Assembly (NCBI RefSeq): GCF_001461825.1
Contig: NZ_LLZC01000019.1
Location: 526,947-566,946, forward strand
Direction: 5' to 3'
DNA: 40,000 nucleotides
Source of the DNA: Bacillus velezensis
GTDB taxonomy: Bacteria > Bacillota > Bacilli > Bacillales > Bacillaceae
In this document: positions 36,208 to 40,000 of the stretch, one piece after another
How the letters are laid out: each line of letters opens with the position of its first letter
Position numbering within the stretch: the first letter of the stretch is position 1
Notes under the pieces: generated by a model
What the model saw: only the letters and a program-made list of their open reading frames with translations
Database searches by the model: none
Told to the model about the DNA's origin: nothing
Made by a program: the position numbers and the translations under genes

Positions 36208-37605
36208 TTAAAAGCGGAAATATTCCTCAGCATTCCGGTAACAAATCCCCTCAACAATCTTTCCTAAAAGCTCCATATCGTAAGGCGCTTCGCCTTGTTC
36301 CGCCCAGCCGCCGATCAGCGTGCAGACAAGCCGCCTGAAGTATTCATGGCGGGGATAGGACAGGAAACTTCTTGAATCCGTCAGCATCCCGATAAAACGG
36401 CTGAACAGGCCCATGTTTGATAACGCTTTCATTTGCTGGAGCATTCCATCTTTCGTGTCATTGAACCACCAGGCTGTGCCGAATTGAATTTTCCCCGGTG
36501 TTTTCCCATCCTGAAAGCTGTTGATCATGCTGGCGATAATATAGTTGTCATTCGGATTCAAAGAATACAAAATCGTTTTAGGCAACTGCCGCTTTTTTTC
36601 GGCGGAATCTAACAGCCGGGCAAGCGGTTTTGCGATACGTTCATCATTAATTGAGTCATATCCTGTATCAGGACCGAGGCTGCTGAACTTATTTGTATTG
36701 GTATTTCTTAACGCGTTAATATGGAACTGCATCGCCCAGTCCAGTTCGGCGTAAAGACCGCAAAGATATTGCAGCGTCCGTGTTTTGAATTTCTTTTCAT
36801 CTTCAAAAGACACATGCTCTCCGCTTAATCCGGCTGCAAAAATCCGGGCCGCTTCCTCTTCGGTCGTCTCGGCATAAACCATTTGATCTAACGCATGATC
36901 CGACACTCTTCCCCCGGCATTGTGAAAAAAGCGGACGCGGGATTCTAACGCATCTAAATACGATTGGTAGGTGGTGACAGCTATTCCGGAAGCGCTCTCC
37001 AGTGAACGGACCCAATCGGCAAAACCCGGTCTGCTGATGTCCAGTCCTTTGTCAGGCCGAAATCCGGGCAGCACTTGAACCGGAAAATCACTTTCTTTCA
37101 ACAGTTCGTGGTATGTCAGCGCATCGGCAGGATCGTCGGTTGTGCAAATGACTTTGACATTTGATTTCAGAATGAGATCCCTTGCGCCAAACCCGTCTCC
37201 CTGCAGGAGCTCATTCGTTTTTTTCCAAATGGCCGCGGCCGTTTTTTCATTCAATACGTCATAAATGCCGAACCAGCGCTGCAGCTCTAAATGCGTCCAG
37301 CTGTACAGCGGATTGCCTATCGCCATCGGCACCGTTTTTGCCCAGGCGAAAAACTTCTCTTCATCTGAAGCGTTTCCGGTAATGCAGCGCTCTTCAATGC
37401 CGTTGGCCCTCATAATCCGCCACTTGTAGTGGTCACCGTAAAGCCATGCCTCCGTAATGGTTGCGAAGGTTTTATTTTCATAGATTTCCTTTGGGCTTAA
37501 GTGACAGTGATAATCAATGATCGGCATGTTTTCAGCGTATTCCCGGTACAGCTTTACGGCCGTTTTACTATCCAGTAAAAAATCATCACCCATAAAAGCT
37601 TTCAC
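36208..37605 (-). CDS. uxaC: Glucuronate/galacturonate isomerase UxaC
   Basis: GTG 37605 with RBS GGGAGG 8 nt upstream. Contains the IIDYHCHLSPKEIYENK motif. The ORF-track start at 37686 coincides with the -35 box of the predicted promoter. Confidence 0.9.
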   Translation of the reverse strand: MKAFMGDDFLLDSKTAVKLYREYAENMPIIDYHCHLSPKEIYENKTFATITEAWLYGDHYKWRIMRANGIEERCITGNASDEEKFFAWAKTVPMAIGNPLYSWTHLELQRWFGIYDVLNEKTAAAIWKKTNELLQGDGFGARDLILKSNVKVICTTDDPADALTYHELLKESDFPVQVLPGFRPDKGLDISRPGFADWVRSLESASGIAVTTYQSYLDALESRVRFFHNAGGRVSDHALDQMVYAETTEEEAARIFAAGLSGEHVSFEDEKKFKTRTLQYLCGLYAELDWAMQFHINALRNTNTNKFSSLGPDTGYDSINDERIAKPLARLLDSAEKKRQLPKTILYSLNPNDNYIIASMINSFQDGKTPGKIQFGTAWWFNDTKDGMLQQMKALSNMGLFSRFIGMLTDSRSFLSYPRHEYFRRLVCTLIGGWAEQGEAPYDMELLGKIVEGICYRNAEEYFRF

Positions 37606-37628
37606 ACTTTCATCCTCCCTCTTAAAAA

Positions 37629-37642
37629 TGTTAACGTTAACA
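37629..37642. promoter_or_regulatory. Perfect 14-bp palindrome TGTTAACGTTAACA (LacI-type operator and/or cre)
   Basis: It lies between the predicted transcription start and the uxaC RBS. With flanking bases it matches the cre consensus WTGNAANCGNWNNCW at all but one position. Confidence 0.6.
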
Positions 37643-37657
37643 AAATGGTTCTTTTTT

Positions 37658-37686
37658 ATTTTAGCTTCCTCTTTCTCACATATCAA
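37658..37686 (-). promoter_or_regulatory. Sigma-A promoter of the hexuronate operon, TTGATA-17-TAAAAT
   Basis: On the minus strand the -35 box is at 37681-37686 and the -10 box at 37658-37663, with a 17-nt spacer. Confidence 0.55.
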
Positions 37687-37713
37687 TCATTTTTATTTTA
37701 TTTTTCAGAAAAT

Positions 37714-37727
37714 TGTATCCGTTAACA
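37714..37727. promoter_or_regulatory. Second operator-like site, TGTATCCGTTAACA
   Basis: Shares the CGTTAACA half-site and lies upstream of the -35 box. Confidence 0.4.
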
Positions 37728-37736
37728 TTTTCATAC

Positions 37737-37772
37737 AAAAAAAGACACTGCCGAGAAAGTCCGGCAATGTCT
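37737..37772 (-). terminator. Terminator after ndh
   Basis: Minus-strand RNA AAGACAUUGCCG-GACUUUCU-CGGCAGUGUCUU followed by UUUUUU. Confidence 0.75.
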
Positions 37773-37790
37773 TCTGTGTGATCTTAAGGA

Positions 37791-38969
37791 TTAGTAAGCG
37801 AGGCTGAATAATCCTTTGATATGTGTTAAATAACGTACGTTACTTGCTTCTTTCATTAAAGATGCCGGAAGACCTTTCAGCGGAGTAGAGTTCGCTCCGA
37901 TGATGGCAACCGCGTCTTTACGTCCGAGGCTTGCAAGCGTACCAGAGTTTACAGGCTTGAATGTTTCAAGCGTTTTTCCTTCTAAGTAAGCGAACAGGTT
38001 GTAACCGACAAGTTCACCCATCTGCCAAGCGATTTGCGCTGTCGGCGGGTACGGACGGCCGTCCGGCGCAAAGTATACAGCGCTGTCTCCGACAACGAAT
38101 ACATCTTCGTGAGAAGTAGATTGTAAGAAATCGTTAACCGTCGCACGGCCGCGGTTCACTTCAAGGCCGGATTCGCCGACTAACGGGTTGCCTTGTACGC
38201 CGCCTGTCCATACAAATGTGTTGGCAACGACTTTTGAACCGTCTTTCAGATCAATAACGTTTCCTTCAACATTTGTAACAGGAAGACCTGTTAAGAACTC
38301 AACGCCGCGTTTTTCAAGACTTTTTGTCGCGCGTTCGATAAGGTCATCAGGAAGAACAGGAAGAATTTTCGGACCTGCTTCTACTAATTTCAGTTTGATT
38401 TCTTTCGGATCTACGCCGTATTTTTTCGTAAGGTTCGGCATGATGTCAGCAAGCTCACCGACAAGCTCGACGCCTGTTAAGCCGCCGCCGCCGATAAGGA
38501 TCGTTGCATCAGCTTCGTTTTTCGTTTTAGCGTATTCACGCACACGGTCTTCCACGTGTTTGTATACTTTGTTGGCATCAGCAGCAGATTTCAGCACCAT
38601 GCTGTTTTCTTCGAGTCCAGGAATGCCGAAATAAGCCGTAACAGAACCAAGTCCGACAACAAGCGCGTCATAAGTCAGCTTAGAACCGTCAGAAAGGGCA
38701 ACTTCTTTCTTATCAACTGAGAAAGAATTGACTTCTGCGATTTTAATGTCGACGTCTTTTCCTTTCAGAAGTTTTTCAAGCGGCATAGCAACAGCCTGTT
38801 CAGACACGTTGCCTGCTGCAAGGCGGTGCAGTTCCGTAATGATTTGGTGAGTCGGGTATTTGTTCACAACGGTTACGCGTGCTTCATCTTTACTGTAATG
38901 TTTGCGAACGGTTAAAGCAGAAAGAACTCCGCCGTAACCAGCGCCTAAAATGACAATATGTTTTGACAT
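37791..38969 (-). CDS. ndh: Type II NADH dehydrogenase Ndh (YjlD)
   Basis: 392-aa ORF with RBS GGAGG and two dinucleotide-binding motifs (ILGAGYGG and IGGGGLTG). Confidence 0.9.
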   Translation of the reverse strand: MSKHIVILGAGYGGVLSALTVRKHYSKDEARVTVVNKYPTHQIITELHRLAAGNVSEQAVAMPLEKLLKGKDVDIKIAEVNSFSVDKKEVALSDGSKLTYDALVVGLGSVTAYFGIPGLEENSMVLKSAADANKVYKHVEDRVREYAKTKNEADATILIGGGGLTGVELVGELADIMPNLTKKYGVDPKEIKLKLVEAGPKILPVLPDDLIERATKSLEKRGVEFLTGLPVTNVEGNVIDLKDGSKVVANTFVWTGGVQGNPLVGESGLEVNRGRATVNDFLQSTSHEDVFVVGDSAVYFAPDGRPYPPTAQIAWQMGELVGYNLFAYLEGKTLETFKPVNSGTLASLGRKDAVAIIGANSTPLKGLPASLMKEASNVRYLTHIKGLFSLAY

Positions 38970-39008
38970 CGTATATCCTCCGTCCTTTATATCAATTTGA
39001 ATCTGAGA

Positions 39009-39425
39009 TTATTTTTGTTTTTCGTTCATGATTTCAAGATAGCTGTTAGCAAAACGGAACAGCTTTTGAGCTTGAGGATCTTTCAGCATGCGCAGCAGGC
39101 CGAAAAGTCCGATCGTTTCATTGCTTGCATCCGCGCGGTCTTTTGCTTCGATCGCAGTAGCCGCCACTTCTTTCGCTGTTTCTTTCACCGGCTCAAGAAT
39201 TTCTGTAAGCGCACCCACTGTATCGCTCTTCAATACTTCGTCTGTCGCTACAGACTGTGCAAAATCATAAGACTTCGTTAAAATATTTACTAACTCAGTC
39301 AGTTTTGGAAGCTGATCCACTAAAACAGTCAGTGATTCTTGAACTTCAGGTTTTAGCAGCTGATCAATAAGATCGCGTTGGCCTTGGCTGACAGATGCAT
39401 TTGTTTGATCGATTGTTTCTGGCAT
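39009..39425 (-). CDS. yjlC: DUF1641-family protein YjlC, co-transcribed with ndh
   Basis: 138-aa ORF with RBS AAAGGAG, 39 nt upstream of ndh. Confidence 0.85.
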   Translation of the reverse strand: MPETIDQTNASVSQGQRDLIDQLLKPEVQESLTVLVDQLPKLTELVNILTKSYDFAQSVATDEVLKSDTVGALTEILEPVKETAKEVAATAIEAKDRADASNETIGLFGLLRMLKDPQAQKLFRFANSYLEIMNEKQK

Positions 39426-39516
39426 ATCCGATTCTCCTTTACTATAAGCAGTATGCTGATTTTTTTGGAAAGGGTAGCCTTTCCCCCTTCATGCAGAAAA
39501 GCATGAAAAAGCAAGA

Positions 39517-39534
39517 TTGTGAATTCATGCACAA
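39517..39534. promoter_or_regulatory. Rex box, TTGTGAATTCATGCACAA
   Basis: Matches TTGTGAA-N4-TTCACAA with one mismatch, about 92 nt upstream of the yjlC ATG. Confidence 0.6.
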
Positions 39535-39811
39535 TCATTTACAAAAATAAATGTTTACTACCCAGTTTTTCACTTTGCCATATCCAGTATTATTTTTATA
39601 TCAACAAAAACAATTGAATAAGTCAAAATTTCTTTTTCCTCTCTGAAAATAGCAAACATAAAAAACCCCAATTTGATTTACTCTTATATAATAACACTTT
39701 TTGAACAAAATTTGAACGTGAATTGTTTCGTTTATGAAATTATTTATATGGCGGGGGTGTAATAACGTTTCTTTTAGGCTATTTTTTTACAGACCATCCG
39801 CTTTTCCCCTG

Positions 39812-40000
39812 TCATTTTTCCCACAATTTTAAAAGCGGGCCCGATTTTCCCGTAAAGGGGTCGCATTCCGGGAGCGGGACACGGCTGATTTCTTCTGAAG
39901 TTCTATCATTTTTCTCCGTTTTTGTATCGTACTGCCGGCCGCCCGGATAAGCCCCGATCACGGTAAAATCAGAACTGCCCGACAGTTTTTTATGTCCGGT
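39812..40000 (-). CDS. yjlB: 3' end (62 codons) of a yjlB-like gene; N-terminus outside the window
   Basis: Absent from the ORF track because it is truncated by the window edge. Hand translation gives ...TGHKKLSGSSDFTVIGAYPGGRQYDTKTEKNDRTSEEISRVPLPECDPFTGKSGPLLKLWEK, with a stop at 39812. The name rests on its position next to yjlC only. Confidence 0.5.
   Translation of the reverse strand, partial: TGHKKLSGSSDFTVIGAYPGGRQYDTKTEKNDRTSEEISRVPLPECDPFTGKSGPLLKLWEK

Noticed and set aside
37606-37686. N-terminal extension of uxaC given in the ORF track
   Set aside because: The extension contains the predicted -10/-35 boxes and the 14-bp operator. The strong RBS serves GTG 37605.
39460-39507. Two small hairpins upstream of yjlC, considered as terminators
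   Set aside because: The U/A runs are on the wrong side of the stems for either strand. They are more likely leader structures and are mentioned only under the Rex finding.
39700-39740. Second possible Rex half-site (ACGTGAATTGTTTCGTTT)
   Set aside because: Too many mismatches to TTGTGAA-N4-TTCACAA, especially in the right half.

Overview
Bacillus subtilis-group chromosome segment. The proteins resemble the B. subtilis 168 homologues I remember but are diverged, so it is probably the B. velezensis/amyloliquefaciens clade (inference). Positions 1-24684 hold most of a PBSX-type defective prophage (a phage-tail-like particle cluster), transcribed mainly on the minus strand. From right to left it contains: (1) the switch: xre and the ImmA-like xkdA on the plus strand, four 15-bp GATAC-N5-GTATC operators, a divergent early promoter and a Cheo/LexA box in front of xkdA; (2) the early operon: an unlisted 59-aa ORF, xkdB, xkdC, an unlisted 55-aa zinc-ribbon ORF, xkdD, xtrA, a strong terminator-like hairpin, then the late sigma factor xpf; (3) the late operon: xtmA, xtmB, portal xkdE, xkdF, capsid xkdG, connectors, sheath xkdK, tube xkdM, chaperone xkdN with a -1 frameshift site, a 1600-aa tape measure xkdO carrying two tandem-repeat arrays, baseplate genes xkdP to xkdU, and the tail fibre xkdV. 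xkdV runs off the left edge and is missing from the supplied ORF track. To the right are host genes: yjqC (Mn catalase), yjqB, yjqA, xlyB, rapA-phrA, yjoA, yjnA, a compact hexuronate cluster (uxaC-yjmB-exuR-uxaB-uxaA), yjlC-ndh with a Rex box, and the 3' end of a yjlB-like gene. I saw no rRNA, tRNA, CRISPR array, transposase or integrase. I found no clearly new multi-gene system. The points most worth follow-up are regulatory: the terminator gating xpf, the SOS box upstream of the protease gene beside the repressor, and the two unlisted small early ORFs. The structural oddities of the tape measure and tail fibre also merit a look. All coordinates and pairings were worked out by hand; homology statements rest on memory, not on a search.
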